From Proteromonas lacertae (taxonomy: Eukaryota), in contig NGBS01000603.1 in NCBI GenBank assembly GCA_002245135.1, forward strand, positions 1-64,000: a DNA stretch of 64,000 bases. The letters run 5' to 3'. Below the pieces are notes generated by a model. It did not search any database. It saw only the letters and a program-made list of their open reading frames with translations, and was not told where the DNA came from. Below are positions 40,865-54,818 of the stretch, one piece after another. Every line of letters begins with the position of its first letter. The first letter of the stretch is position 1. The translations under genes were made by a program, and so were the position numbers.

Positions 40865-42642
40865 ATGTTAAAGTTAAAAATGATAAGTATATTTGTTTTA
40901 AGATAGAATTATACATAAAACTATATAAAAAACAAAAAAATAAAAAATACACTAATCTTTACTTAAAAACTATACAAACAACTAATTATTTTTTCATAAC
41001 AATTATATACATCTATTTTATTTATTCATTGATGTAGGAGCACTTAAAACCAAAACACAATCTTTATTCAAAATAGATATGAAACCTGAATTTGATAATA
41101 ATCAACAGCGTTCATTGCTACAAAAACGTTATTTTGTGGTTTTTATGAGCACTCTCTCCTTCATCATTGTATGATAAACACTGCTATACACAATTAGGTG
41201 TATTTTCAAAGAGTTAGTATGTCTGTGAGTGTAATATCCATGAAAGATGAGTATGGATGGGAAGGTATTTATGAATCTGGATATATATAATTCATAGAAG
41301 TTCAAAAGGGAAATATGTTATCTTCTTTCTTTTGGGGTTATATATTCTTTCAATTCGGAGCTGGAGTATTCTCTACTAAATTCGGAGCTGTATATCCTTT
41401 TTTATCAAATAATAATGTGATAATATTTCTTAATTTTTAAACTCCAGTATTAGGAATAGGTATTTTAATGTCTACATGTCTAACCTTTATGGTTCCATTA
41501 TGTGCTAATAATTATTATCTATTATTTGCTAATCGAATTATCTGTGGTGTTGCACAAGGTGTAGCATTACCATCAGTTCATTCTTTAATGGCAAAATGGT
41601 CTCCAAAAAGTGAAAAGAGTTTCTTTGTTTCTATCATATGGTCAGGAACAGCAGTAGGAACTGCTTTAGGAAATGTTATTTCTGGAAGATTGGATGAATT
41701 ATATGGCTGGAGATCAATCTATTATGTATTTGGTTTAATGGGTTTAGCATGGTGTATGATATGGTTTTTGTATATTAATTATATAAATTAAAATATTATA
41801 TTATATTAGATTCATCACTTCTGATCCTGCAGATGATATGTGTATAAGTGAAGATGAAGTTCATTTAATCAAAACTCAACAGTATGAAGTTGATAGAGAA
41901 ACATCCTCCACATTAGGAATAGAAGGTAATCCAAGTCGTGAAGATCTTCAGAAAGAACGTGGTATACCATATAAAGGGTTATTTACAAACAAAGCTGCAA
42001 TTGGATGGTATATATTCTATTTTATATTTTATAGTTATATTTGCCATACATCTTACAACTGGGGAAATCATACTCTTGTTACTTATCTTCCAACTTATAT
42101 GAAGTCTATATTAAATGTATCAGTATCAGAAGCATCATTCTTATCTATGTGGCCTTATTTATTAGTTGGTATTACTGCTCCTTGTGGTGGTTTATTTAGT
42201 GATTTTCTTATTAAAAAAGGATTTAAAACTGTTAATGTAAGAAAATTCTGTTATGTATTTGGAATTACGATATTAGGATCATTTTTATTTGCTTCTGTAT
42301 ATTTTAATTTTTCATTTTTTATAGACATTTACAACAGATAAAGTCATTTGTACTGTTCTGATGTGTATTTCATTAGGAATTGGTTATTTATCCAATTGTG
42401 GCTTTTCACCAAATATGTTAGATATAAGTCCATTGAACGGAGGAATTGTTTTAGGAGTATCAAACACCATAGGAACAATTCCTGGAATTATATCTCCAGT
42501 ATTAACAGCAGCTATTACAGGGGAGAATCCTGGACCAATGGAATGGCATATAGTCTTTGCAATACCTTGTGTATTGTTTATTTTGTCTTCCATATATTAT
42601 CTAATATTCTGTAAAGCAACACCACAAAAGGATCTTAACTAG
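40865..42642 (+). CDS. MFS transporter, SLC17/anion:cation symporter (sialin-like)
   Basis: LSSFFWGY, GVAQGVALP..HSLMAKWSP, GWRSIYY, TYLPTYMK, LGVSNTIGTIPG. Confidence 0.9.
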
Positions 42643-42804
42643 ATAAATAATATTTGCATATTGGATGTTTATTGATGTGTAATATGTCATTCACTGTAAA
42701 ATGAATTTTGCGAATGACTCAGATCGAGTTATTTACTTAAATTTTGATTTTTGCTGTTTTTACATAGTATAAAAACATCATTTAATTAAGCAAAAATAAA
42801 TAAA

Positions 42805-45800
42805 ATGAGTACAAGTAATACAAGCACTAATGATGGAGAATTTAAAGCTGTACACTCCATAGTATTATATTAATTAGGATGGTGAAGATGAAGCCAGTAA
42901 TGAAAGGCCAAAGGATATAGGTATAGCTATTATATTCTATTTTATATTTCAATTTTTAATTATATACTATAGCTTGCCCATTTCCTGATAGCGTTGTTCC
43001 TTCTGGCTCATATAGCATTCCTCAATCATTAGTTCCAGGTGGTAAATATGTTGAGGAAAATTATCCAGCTGAGGAAGGTGATGGCGATAATCTTTCAAAC
43101 AATAGTGACAACTATCCAGTAGAAGTAAAAAATAATGAAGAAAATGGTGATAAAAATATATATGAATCAGTTTCACCTCCATGTACATCAAAAACTCCTT
43201 CAGTTAACAACAGCATTGATTATAACCATATTGAGGATAATAATGGTAATACAAATCAAGCAATTAATCCTCCCCTTACTCCACCTCCTGGTTCACTTAA
43301 CAACAGCATTGATTGCAAACATGTAGAGAATAATGTTGTTGTTGATGATGATGATGATAATAATATTCCACCTCCTCATACTACTCCTAGAAATAATAAT
43401 CTTGAGAATAAACACATTCAAAGTAATAGTAATAATGATGAAAATAAATCAAATCGAAGTTTACTTTCACCTCGTTCACTTAGTTCAAGTGTTGAAAATA
43501 ATAATGTGAATAATGACAATACTAATGATAATATTCCACCTCCTCATTCACTTAACAATAGTGTTAAGAATAATATATTTGAAGATAATGATAAAGATGT
43601 GAAAAGAGAATCAATTCCTCCATCAAATACTACTACTACTACTTCAATTCAATCAGTAAGTAATAGTAAGGAAGGTGATATAAGAAATAGTCAAAGTGAG
43701 AATAGAATAGATGAAGATGCTCTTCCCCCTTATACACCTAAAACTAATAATAATGAAGTAAATGATGATAAAGATGTTAGAAAATCAATTTCATCCATCA
43801 GATACTTCATCTACATCAGTTGAAACTACAGGTTTTCGACCTTCAGATAGTATTATATCTACGAATAATCAAATAAATGAAGAGGAGGTAAACGAAGATT
43901 TAAATGCAAGTAAAGAATCAAATACTTCTACTGGATTTAAACTATCAGAAAGTATAGAAACAAGGAATAATCATATAAACGAAGAAGAAAAAGGTGAAGT
44001 TTTAAATGCAAGTAATCATTCAAAATCTTCATCATTATCACATTCTGAAATAGTCGAACCATTAGGAGAGACAAAACCAAAAATGAAAACCACATTAACT
44101 CGTCAAGATAGTGTTGAAAGTGATTATGCTAGTCTTATCTCTCCAAATATTAATAATTCCGTTAATCATAATAACGAACCTCCATTAAAACCACCATCAC
44201 CTCCTCCACCTCCTCCTATAGATCAAGATGTGGATATGGAAGAATCTATTCTTCCACCAAGAACAATTCCTACTTCTGCTACTAGAGATAATGATTCTAC
44301 TCAACAATTAGTGTTTAATAATGAGAAGAAGAAAATTGTATTTAATCCACAAAATATTCCACCTGAGACAATATTTAATACACCACCAAAGAATCAGCCA
44401 ATTATTCCACAACCTTTAATAGAGAATAATGTCCAACCACCTAGTGATCATATAAATGGCGAATGTAATAATGATTCAATGGAAGGTGGTATAATTCCAC
44501 AACCTAATATCAATCAGTTTAGATTACCACATAACAATTTTGCTGAGTTAACAAACAATGGTACAAATACAACACCACCACTTACTAATCCACCTATAAT
44601 GAATAATGATAATAATGATGATGTTCCACCTCCATATACACCACCATCAAATGGCAATTCAAATATTCAACCACCATTTGCATTTAATCCTCCAAATAAT
44701 AATCAATTTATTCCACCATTCAATAAACCAGAGAATAATAATGGTGATGTTCCACCTCCATTTACTGTAAACCCATCAAGTACTGCACCACCATTTATTG
44801 CTTAAACCTTCAGATAATAATAATCAATTTATTCCACCATTCAATAAACCAGAAACAAATGATGATGTTCCACCTCCATTACTGACACCACCATCAAATG
44901 GCAATTCAAATATTGCAACCACCATTTGCATTGCTCAATCCTCCAGATAATAATAATCAATTTATTCCACAATATCAACCTTCAAACAATAATTCAAACA
45001 TTCCACCTCAAAACAATGTGAATGTTCAACCACCAATTTGCATTTAATCCTCCAAATAATAATCAGTTTATTCCACCATTCAATAAACCAGAGAATAATA
45101 ATGGTGATGTTATTCCACCATCATTCACTGCAAATCCATCAAATAATCACAATTCAAATATTCAACCATCACCACCACAAAGTCAACCAAATGTTAATCC
45201 AATATTAAGATTTGCTCCACCTCCTCCTATTCAACAGCAACCACAACAATTACCACAACAACAACAATCAAAACAACCAACAACCTCAAGTTAAGAATTA
45301 TCCAAAACAACATCAACATATTCCTAAACAAGAATCAATACCATGTAAATGTGGAAATAGAGATTGTACTATACCAAACTGTACAGTTCAAAACAATCAA
45401 ATTATCTACAATAGTACTTATTGTAACAAATTAAAAAACAAAATGATTATTAGAAATTCAATAAAATGTGATTGTGCAAATCCAAATTGTATTGGTGTAA
45501 TAAGAAATACAATTATTTACAAAGATGAGCAAGGTAATTTACAATTAGAAAAGAATGCTGTTATTGATCCAACATCTTCTGATCCTCATCATCTTCAAAT
45601 AATACACAACGCTGTATTATGCCCATGTGGTAGATGTAATAATTTTATTAAAAATTCTGTTTTATGTCCATGTAAAAACAAAGATTGTCCTGGAGTTATT
45701 TTCAACGCTGTATTATGTAATTGTGGTGGTTATAACTGTCCTGGTTATATTGAAAATGCAGTGCCTTGTAATTGTAATAACCCAGAATGTCGTGGTTATA

Positions 45801-46099
45801 TAAAAAATGCAGTATTGTGTGAATGTCATAACCCAGGTTGTCCAGGTTATATCTTAAATGCTATTCCTTGTATATGTGGTGATGATCATTGCAGAGGTTT
45901 CATTCCCAATGCTATATATTGCCCAGATTGTAAAAAGGGCAATTGCACAAGATTAGATTGTAAAGGTTATATATCAAATGCAATAGAATGTCCAGGATGT
46001 AATGATCCATCATGTCATGGATATCTTGTGGGAAGAAGGTATTGTATTGACCATATAAATCATAAATGTAATAGACCTGGTTGTAAAGGTTATTTTTAA
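42805..46099 (+). CDS. Pro/Asn-rich protein with a C-terminal Cys-rich repeat array; several frame breaks
   Basis: Consecutive overlapping ORFs of similar composition ending in NAxxCxCxxxxCxGYI repeats. Confidence 0.6.
44600..45170 (+). repeat. Coding tandem repeats (FAFNPPNNNQFIPPFNKPENNNGDV units)
   Basis: Near-identical roughly 75-nt units at about 44677 and 45037 with degenerate copies between. Confidence 0.85.
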
Positions 46100-46306
46100 G
46101 TTTAATGTTATTTTTATGTGTGTTATATTAGGGATAATTTATATTTTAATTCTGCTAGTGAATAGAATTCAATTATCACATGTACTCTTACAAGACAAGT
46201 TTAAATATACGCTTCATTTTATCGATCATTATACTTTATATGGCTAATGCAAGATATTTCATTTTGTTGATACAATTTTTTTCGGAATATTCGAGAATAT
46301 TCTGGG

Positions 46307-46920
46307 ATGACGAATGTTAATAAGTATTTATCTCCAGTAGAACAGTTAAAATTTGCAGAAGATACAACTGAGAATAACTCTTACATCATAACTCCAAGAT
46401 CTGACTCCCACAAACTTGAAAAATCAACCAAATTTTCAATGAGTATTACTCAGTGTTCTTCAGAAACTGACAAACATGGAGTCTTTACAGTATAATGTCT
46501 AGTAATATTATTCGTAGGTTTATCAAATAACATGTAGTTACAAAGGATCAACTTGGACAGTTTTTAGACGCTATTCGCAATTTCGAACATTGAAATAGAA
46601 ATGTATATATAACATTTTATATTTATTATTAGATTTTACCAGCTTTTGGTAAAAAATTACCACCTTTTCCTCCCAAACAACTATTCAATAAGCTAAAACC
46701 AGAATTTATAGAGAAAAGAATGGCGTTGTTAAATGAATATCTTCTGAAATTGCAACAAATCGATGATCTTGTTTTAAATCCAGAGATAAAGAACTTTTTT
46801 GTTATAGATGATGAATATAATGTAAGATCTTCTGAGAATGATTGGCTCACTCGTGCAGGTAGATTGACAGATACAAGTACAGCTGGCTATAAACAGAGAT
46901 CATCCTGTATATTACAATAA
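46307..46920 (+). CDS. PX-domain protein
   Basis: WTVFRRYSQF, LPPFPPK, FIEKRMALLNEYL. Confidence 0.85.
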
Positions 46921-47042
46921 TTTCCTTTTTAATGCATTTTTTGCATGTAAATTATAAATGGATTTATAATAAAATTTCATGTGATTAATATGTGTGTGTG
47001 TTGTTGGTAATTAAACGAAAATTAAAAAAAAAATCAATTACT

Positions 47043-49569
47043 TTAAGAATATAACTTCTCCAATCTCTCGCATAATGCTCTATCAGTGAATTTATCTCTA
47101 ATTTCATTAAATATATCACCAATTATCTTATGTCCTTCTTTATCTAACATCATAATAGCAGTACTAAACTTACTACACTTTGATAATGCTTCTAGTGTTT
47201 CAATACACCAATCAAAATTAGTCTTCAATATAGTAATCATTCCCTTCAAAATACCAAATAATAAATCAGTCTCTAAACCAGCCTTAAATAGTTTAATAAA
47301 TGAAGAAGGTGGAATTATTAATAAATAATTACCAAATACTTCAGGTTTGTTTTTAAATGAAACTAAGTTCTTTCTGAATTCATATATTGTCTTTGGCTGG
47401 TGAATCTGGAACTTTGATTTTACTCATTATATTCTGTGATATTTCACTCAGTTTCTTGGCTTCTTCATTCTTTCTTAATTCTCTTTCGTATAAGCTTCTA
47501 GTGCTTATTAATTCACTTTGTGAATCTTGATTCTTTTCATCAAATGATAATACAGCTTCAAAATCTTTAATGGCTTCTTTATATCTTTTCTATTAATAAT
47601 AATAAAATAAAATAAATATAATATTTTATACCAATTGTTTCTTTGCAATTCCACGTCTATGATATGCTTTTGTAATATTCTTATCACTTTCATCACTTAA
47701 TTCAATTGCTTTATCACAATCTTTAATAGTTTCTTCATATTTTGATAAAGCTAAATAACAAGCAGCTCTGTTACGATATAAATCTGGATTTGTACTACAT
47801 ATTTCTATTCCTTTACCATAACATTCAATTGCTTCTAAATATTTCTTTTGTTTGTAGTAATTATTACCATCTTCTTTGTATTTTGTAGCATCTTCTGTCA
47901 TTTCACTCTTATTGGATGTTGTAGTTGTAGTTGTAGCAGTTGGTATTGATGGAGTTTGTTCAACTGCAGCTGGAGCTGGAGGAATAACTGTTTTTGGTTT
48001 CTCTTGATTCTTTAATGATGGATTTAATTTTATAGCATTTTCTAATGATTTCTTACTTTCTTCAACTTTATTAATTGATTCTTCCATTAAACTCTTTTGA
48101 TATAATAAAGCAGCTTTTTCCACATCATTCTTTACAAAGACATTACCGATAGTACAATCTCCAATAGCTTCATTGTAATTACCTATAAAACCATAACATT
48201 GAGAACGATAGAGATAAACAGCAGCTGATTGTTCATGTTGAAGGAATAAATTACAACTATTTAAATAATAATAGTAATAATAATAATATATAATATACTG
48301 CGTAATACACTCTTTATAATGCTTTTGTTCAACTTCTAGAGGAATTAATTCATGTAAAATAGTCAGCAATTCTTTATCATTCTTATTGGATATTAAAACA
48401 TTCAATTTTGATTCTAATTCTTTGATTTTTTCTTCTCTCTTTTCTTCTGCTTCTTTTTGTTGTTTTAATTCTTCTTCTTCATTATTTTCTGGTTGTTGTT
48501 GTTCTTCTTCTAATGTAGTTTTATCATCATTTTCTTCTTCATCATCTTCGTCTTCACTTCCACTATCTTCTTGTATTTGAATTCTTTTATATTTTGGTTT
48601 TTCTGTCTCTGTTACAGTTGCTGCTGGTACTGCTGTAGAAGCTGTATTATTCTCTTCTTCTTCATCATCATCATCTTTTTGTTGTAATTTCTTTTCTTTT
48701 ATCTTTTCATCTTCTTCAATTGATCTTCCTCCAACTTCATTCATCTTATTTGTGGCTTCTTCAATCAATTTAGTAATATCTTTCAAGCCTGGATCAAGCT
48801 CATATGCTTTTTGATAATCAGAAATAGCATCTTTGTAATAACCACGATTGAATCTTGCTTTACCTCTTCTATACCATCCTTTTACAAAATTTTTATCTAA
48901 TTCAATTGTTTTACTAGCATCTTCTTCAGCACCTTCATAATTCTTGAGGTATAAATAAGCTTGAGAACGGTTTGAATAGACTGCTGGGTTAGTTGGATCA
49001 AATAATATTGATCTTGAGTAATAATGAATTGCTTTTTCAAAATCTTTTACTCGGAAGTGTTCATTACCTTTTTCTTTTTCTTTTACTGAATATATTTTCT
49101 TCTGTGCATCTGGAATTGATTCATAATCGGTCATTCCCAATTCTTTCAACATTTCTGCTCTCTTTGAATCAGAATCAGTTTTTGGCTTTGATTCTGATTT
49201 AAATTCATCTTCATGATTTCTTGGTGGCGGTTTCGAAATATTTGTATGAGATTTTTGTAGTTTTTGTTCTGTTGATTTTATTGAATCAATAAAAGAGGAT
49301 ATATCATTTTCAGCCTCTTCAATATCTTTTGCTGAGGGATTTGAAGTTAAGGCTAAATAACGCTTTTTCTCTTCTGGTGACATTACCTCCACCAAACGTT
49401 TTTCGGTAAATTCTTCCAATTGTTCATATCTACCTTCCTTCCCAGACTTCAATTCCTGCAAAATAGCGTATAATTCATCTTTATTGCTGCAACTCCCAAC
49501 ATATCCATAATCTAGATGCTCAACAGGTACATCAAAGTGTTTTTTCTTTAATCCAAATATCTCTTCCAT
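47043..49569 (-). CDS. SPAG1: SPAG1/RPAP3-family TPR co-chaperone (dynein assembly factor)
   Basis: PVEHLDYGYV...LKSGKEGRY..L..FTEKRL N-terminal motif, three TPR blocks, RPAP3_C-like end. Confidence 0.85.
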
Positions 49570-49639
49570 TCGAAAAATTCAAAATTCAAAATCAAATAAG
49601 CTTGAGAGTAATCAAATCAAAATCTTTCTAAATTGAAAT

Positions 49640-50533
49640 ATGTCAGCACCAAGGATTGATTCACATCAGCATTTTTGGAAATATACTGATGAAGTATTTT
49701 ATATACAAGATTTAATTGTATAGGAGTTTTCATGGATTGAAGATGAAAAACTAAGAAAAGACTTCGCTGCAGATGATTTAAGACCAATATTAAAGGAAAA
49801 TGGAGTTCATGGAACAATTGCAGTACAAGCTCGTTGTTGTGAAGAAGTATTTAAATGAATTTTAGTTTTTTAGGAGAATGAGTTTTTATTAGATATGGCA
49901 GATAAACACCCAGATGTAGTAAAAGGTGTAGTAGGATGGGTAGATCTTACAAAACCAAATTGTTCAGAGAAATTAAAGAAATGGTCAAACAATCCAAAAC
50001 TGGTTGGTATTCGTCATATAGTTCAAAGTGAACCAGATGATAAATTCTTATTAAGGGAAGATTTCTGTAATGGCATTAAGCAATTGAAAGAATATAACTT
50101 GAAATATGATATTTTGATTTTTAACAAACATTTAAAGACAGCAATTGAATTTGTGAAGTTATTTCCAGATCAACCATTTGTGTTGGATCACATAGCAAAG
50201 CCAGACATTAATCATCATGTTCTATCTCCTTGGGCTGATGGTATAAAGGAATTATCGAGATTTGATAATGTATATGTGAAAGTATCAGGTATGGTTACTG
50301 AAGCTAAATCAGATGCATCATATGATGATTTTGTGCCATATTTGGATGTTATATTTAAGTGTTTTGATATAAATAGAATAATGATAGGTAGTGATTGGCC
50401 TGTTTGCACTGCTATTAATGATTATAGGAATGTAACAGATATTGTGAAAAAATATATCAGAAAGTATAAAGAACAAGACCAAGATAAAGTTTTAGGTTTA
50501 AATGCAATTAACTTTTATGGAATACAGCTTTAA
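49640..50533 (+). CDS. Amidohydrolase_2 family, L-fuconolactonase-like (COG3618)
   Basis: IDSHQHFW, IAVQAR, GVVGWVDL, GIRHIVQ, VLDHIAKP, KVSGMVTEA, GSDWPV; two small introns. Confidence 0.88.
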
Positions 50534-50657
50534 TTATTATTTTTATGATTATAAATATTGATTGTCTGTTTATTTTTTCATTTTAAGCTATCTGCTTTTC
50601 AATAAATGAAATACAAATTCATACACGGAAATACACTCATTTTTGTATTAAATAGAA

Positions 50658-51622
50658 ATGGGTAAATTTTCAAAAGATAAGAGAGTATATTTATAAAATC
50701 AATATCATTTAGGATATATATTATCGTAAAGCTAAAGAAATAGGATTTAGAGCAAGATCTGCTTTTAAACTACTTCAAATAGATGAAGAATTTAATGTAT
50801 TTGAAGGTGTAAAACATGCTGTAGATCTATGTGCTGCTCCTGGAAGTTGGAGTCAAGTATTAAGTAGAAAATTATATGTAAAGTATATTTCATTACGCTA
50901 AATATCATAGTGAATCTGATAAGAGTGTTAATAAAGATGTAATAATAGTATCAGTCGATTTACAAGAAATGTCTCCAATTGATGGTGTTATTGAGATACA
51001 AGGAGATATAACAAATCAGTCAACAGCTGAAACAATCATATCTAAATTCAATGGTGAGCTTGCTGATATTGTGTTATGTGATGGAGCTCCAGATGTGACT
51101 GGATTGCATGATATAGATCAATACATCCAATTACAGTTATTATATTCAGCGTTAAATATAACTACCAATATTTTAAAACCAGGTGGGACATTTATAGCTA
51201 AAATATTCAGAGGAAGAGATATAGAAATATTATATTCAAAATTGTATTTATTTTTTGATAGTGTTAGTTGTTGTAAGCCAAAATCCAGTAGAAATAGTTC
51301 TATTGAATCATTTGTGGTATGTCAAAATTTTCATTTACCTGAAGGTTTTATTCCTTCTATGGATTTTAACTCATTTGATAAAATAAAAGACAAAGCAATG
51401 AAAAGATTAGTTCCATTTTATGCTTGTGGTGATTTGAGTGGTTATGATGCTGATCAATCCTATCCATTAGAAATAGATGAAAGTAAAATAAAGAATAAAT
51501 TGAAGTTTGATGATAAAATTGAAAAAATAGGTGATGAATATGAATTTAAAGAACCAACACAAAAACCAATAAAACCTCCTTATAAATCCTATATGGATAA
51601 AAGAGATTCAAATGAGATTTAA
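50658..51622 (+). CDS. TRM7: tRNA 2'-O-methyltransferase TRM7/FTSJ1
   Basis: [60 protein letters not shown]. Confidence 0.95.
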
Positions 51623-51691
51623 TTGATTGTTTTATTTGGATTGAAACTATAAGAGAAAAAAACAATATAATAAAATAAATAATAATTCTTC

Positions 51692-52121
51692 TCACTTTGA
51701 AAAATAATCTATAATTAAGGGAGCTACACGAAGACATGCAATGTATACACCAAATATAATTGCATCTCGTTTTAGTGTAGATGGTGGCATACCTCCTCCT
51801 TGACCTTGCATTGCCATCATTTGCATTAACTGTTCATTTTGAGTATCAGCTGGCATCATCATAGGATTTTCAGCTGGATGTGGTGCTGGTTCAGGATTGT
51901 TGTTGTATATCGAATAAATTAACAGTAATATCTGAATCATCAGATGATACAGAATGTGGTGAAGATGGTAGATCATCTTGCATATTACGTGGCATACCTG
52001 GGAAAAATGCATTTGAAAATGCTTCTTCTTCACTCACTTCAGTTACTCCTATATTTGCTTGAGAACTTGAAATATCAGCTGGTGTAGAATCTGGAACTTC
52101 TTCTACTCTAGAATGACTCAT
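51692..52121 (-). CDS. Small tail-anchored protein with Tom5-like C-terminus
   Basis: FGVYIACLRVAPLII tail; two ORFs need an intron or indel near 51900-51925 to join. Confidence 0.45.
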
Positions 52122-52213
52122 CTATCAACTTACAATAATATCTATTAATTGATATAATCGAAAAAATGCAAAAAACAAGGTTTGCTTAAATCAAGCTTTT
52201 TATTTATTTCAAA

Positions 52214-53785
52214 ATGAATTTTTGGCCTGAAGATGAAGGAGAAAGTTTGAGTTATTGCATGAAAAGGATATTTGATAGAAGATTAACAACTTTATCTGGT
52301 GGAAATCTTTCTATCAATAAAGATGACAAAATTTATATTACTCCAAAAGTATTAATTAAAGTAAATATGTTATTAGGGAATAGATAAAGGAAACCTTCAT
52401 TCTGATGATATGATTTACACAGTAGATGGTAAAGAATGGATTGGCAAATATAAACCATCAACAGAATATCCATTTCATTTAGGAATGTATAAATTAGGAG
52501 TATCTTATATGAATATAAATAGATATGAAGTTAGAAAAGACATTAAAGCAATAACTCATGCTCATTGTCCATCATTAGTGACATTTTGTGTTACACATCA
52601 AGAATTATTGTTAAATTATATGCCATTAGTAGGTAATAATATCAAACATATTGAGCAGATTATATTTGCACCACCAGGAACAAAGAAATTAGTATAAATA
52701 TTGTGATTTAAAAAGTATAATAGACAGATGCAGTTAAATCAGCTTTTGAAAAAGGACATGATATTTTATTCCTCAACAATCATGGAATAATAGTAGGAAG
52801 CAGTGTATCATTACAAAAAGCATATCAAACAATGGAATTAATTGAAAATTACTGTAATATAGTTATTAATTCACATTTACTATCAAGAATATCAAACAAA
52901 ATTGAAATACCAAAAAGAATTGAAACAATTCCATTATTATCATCATCTACTGCTTTTTCTATTTCTTCATTTAAATTATTAGAGATTAATAACATTGTTA
53001 AAGATAATGATATATATCATAATAAATTTGTAGAAAAATATAAGTCTAAATTAGAATTTGTGTGTGAAATAACTAAAAGATGTTATAATAGAGGGTATAT
53101 ATGGGGCAATGATGTATGTGTATTGATTGATAAATTAGAAACCAAATATATATGCAATTACTAAAGTAAATACTGATTTTGGATTATTTAATATCGATGA
53201 TATCAGTATAATAGAAGTGAATGAATCAAATAAAGTGAATATATATAATGTGAATGATGAAAATGATTTAATATTTTTATCTATTTTGTTTGTTAAATAG
53301 TATATATATATATATATATTATTATTATTATTACTATTAAAATAGTTTAAATGATGACATGAAATGCAATTCAATTATTTATTCATTACCTATCAATACA
53401 ATGTCATTTTCAATAGCCAAAATTCCATTTGTAAACACTGTTACTCAAGAAGGTTATTTAGTCGTTAAACATTTTTCATCATTACCTTTTGAGACTGTTT
53501 ATAAAGATGTTAATTTATTGGTAGAAACAATGAGTATTAATGATGTTGTATTAATTGATAATTGTGGATTAATTGTTAAAGGATCAAGTTTAACTCATGT
53601 ATATTTTTATATTTTATTATTTTTTATAGTGTTTTGATAGATTAGAAGTGGTTGAATCAACGTATACTATAATGAAGAACACTTTATCTATTACTGGAAG
53701 TATAACAGGTATGACTAAAGAAGAAATTGAAGAAATGAATGAAACATTTCCTTGTGATCTTGTCGTGCAAGGAAGAAAAGATTAG
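52214..53785 (+). CDS. Class II aldolase/adducin family (fuculose-phosphate aldolase-like), tandem two-domain
   Basis: LTTLSGGNLS, KPSTEYPFH, ITHAH, LNNHG in domain 1; degenerate second copy. Confidence 0.85.
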
Positions 53786-53939
53786 GGTTGTTAATGATTA
53801 AGTAGTACTATTATAAAAAAGAAGTTCTTGAATTATCATTATTGGCTTGTGTTTAAAAAAGAAAAACGAAAAGCTTGTCATTTTGTTTGAATAAAATCTA
53901 TTGGATCTTTTCATATCTTTAATTAAAAAGTCATAAATT

Positions 53940-54705
53940 ATGGGTATATTATATATTATTAATAATATTGAATGTATGATCTAATTTTTATAGACTGCGA
54001 ACAACATATTCGTGCACCAAGTAAGAAATCTACTTAATTATTTGTTTATAGGTATTGAACCAATAGGAAATGAAATGGTAGATGGTTTATTTTCATCCAG
54101 TGATCCTGAAACAACCACTGAATTGTTCTTTATGAGTTGCAGTATTTTTTTCTTGGATTTATTATTGCTTAGAGGAACTTAATGATGATCAATTTAAAAA
54201 ATTAATATCCAACTTGACTGTTTATTCACATCTTCAAAAGCTAAAACTCCAAGGATTAGAAGATCAAAAAGCTGGTTTATTCGGAGGATTTGGTAAGAAA
54301 GCTGCTGATAAGGACAAGAAAGTTAGAAGTTTATCCGAAATAGTAGGATGGGCTTTCCCTGAATTAACTGATTTAGATTTATCAAGAAACTCTATCACAG
54401 ATATAGGTGCTAAGGCTCTTGCTATTGGTATAGCCACTTGTGTATCATTAACAACCATTGTATTATCCAGTAATCAAATCGGTAATGATGGAGCAATTGA
54501 AATTGGTAAAGCTATTACTCATTGTCCTCAACTCAAAGAATTGTTGTTATTTGATAACCAAATCGGTGATGCTGGTTTAAGTGCTTTGGGAATGATGTTA
54601 GCTAACTGTGAGAACTTACAAGTTGTCTATATAACCAACAATAAATTCTCAACAAAAGCTTATGATGAATTGAAGAATGTTTTAAGTGGAATCCACTTTA
54701 AATAG
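53940..54705 (+). CDS. RNI-like leucine-rich repeat protein with micro-exons
   Basis: LDLSRNSITDIGAKAL, LSSNQIGNDGA, LFDNQIGDAG. Confidence 0.85.
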
Positions 54706-54818
54706 GCAGATAATAAGAATATTTAATTGCAAAATATAAAATATAATATGTATATGTATTGGGATGAAAGAATTAATAAAAAAGAAAAAGATTCAAACCA
54801 CTCTATTTTTTGAAACAA

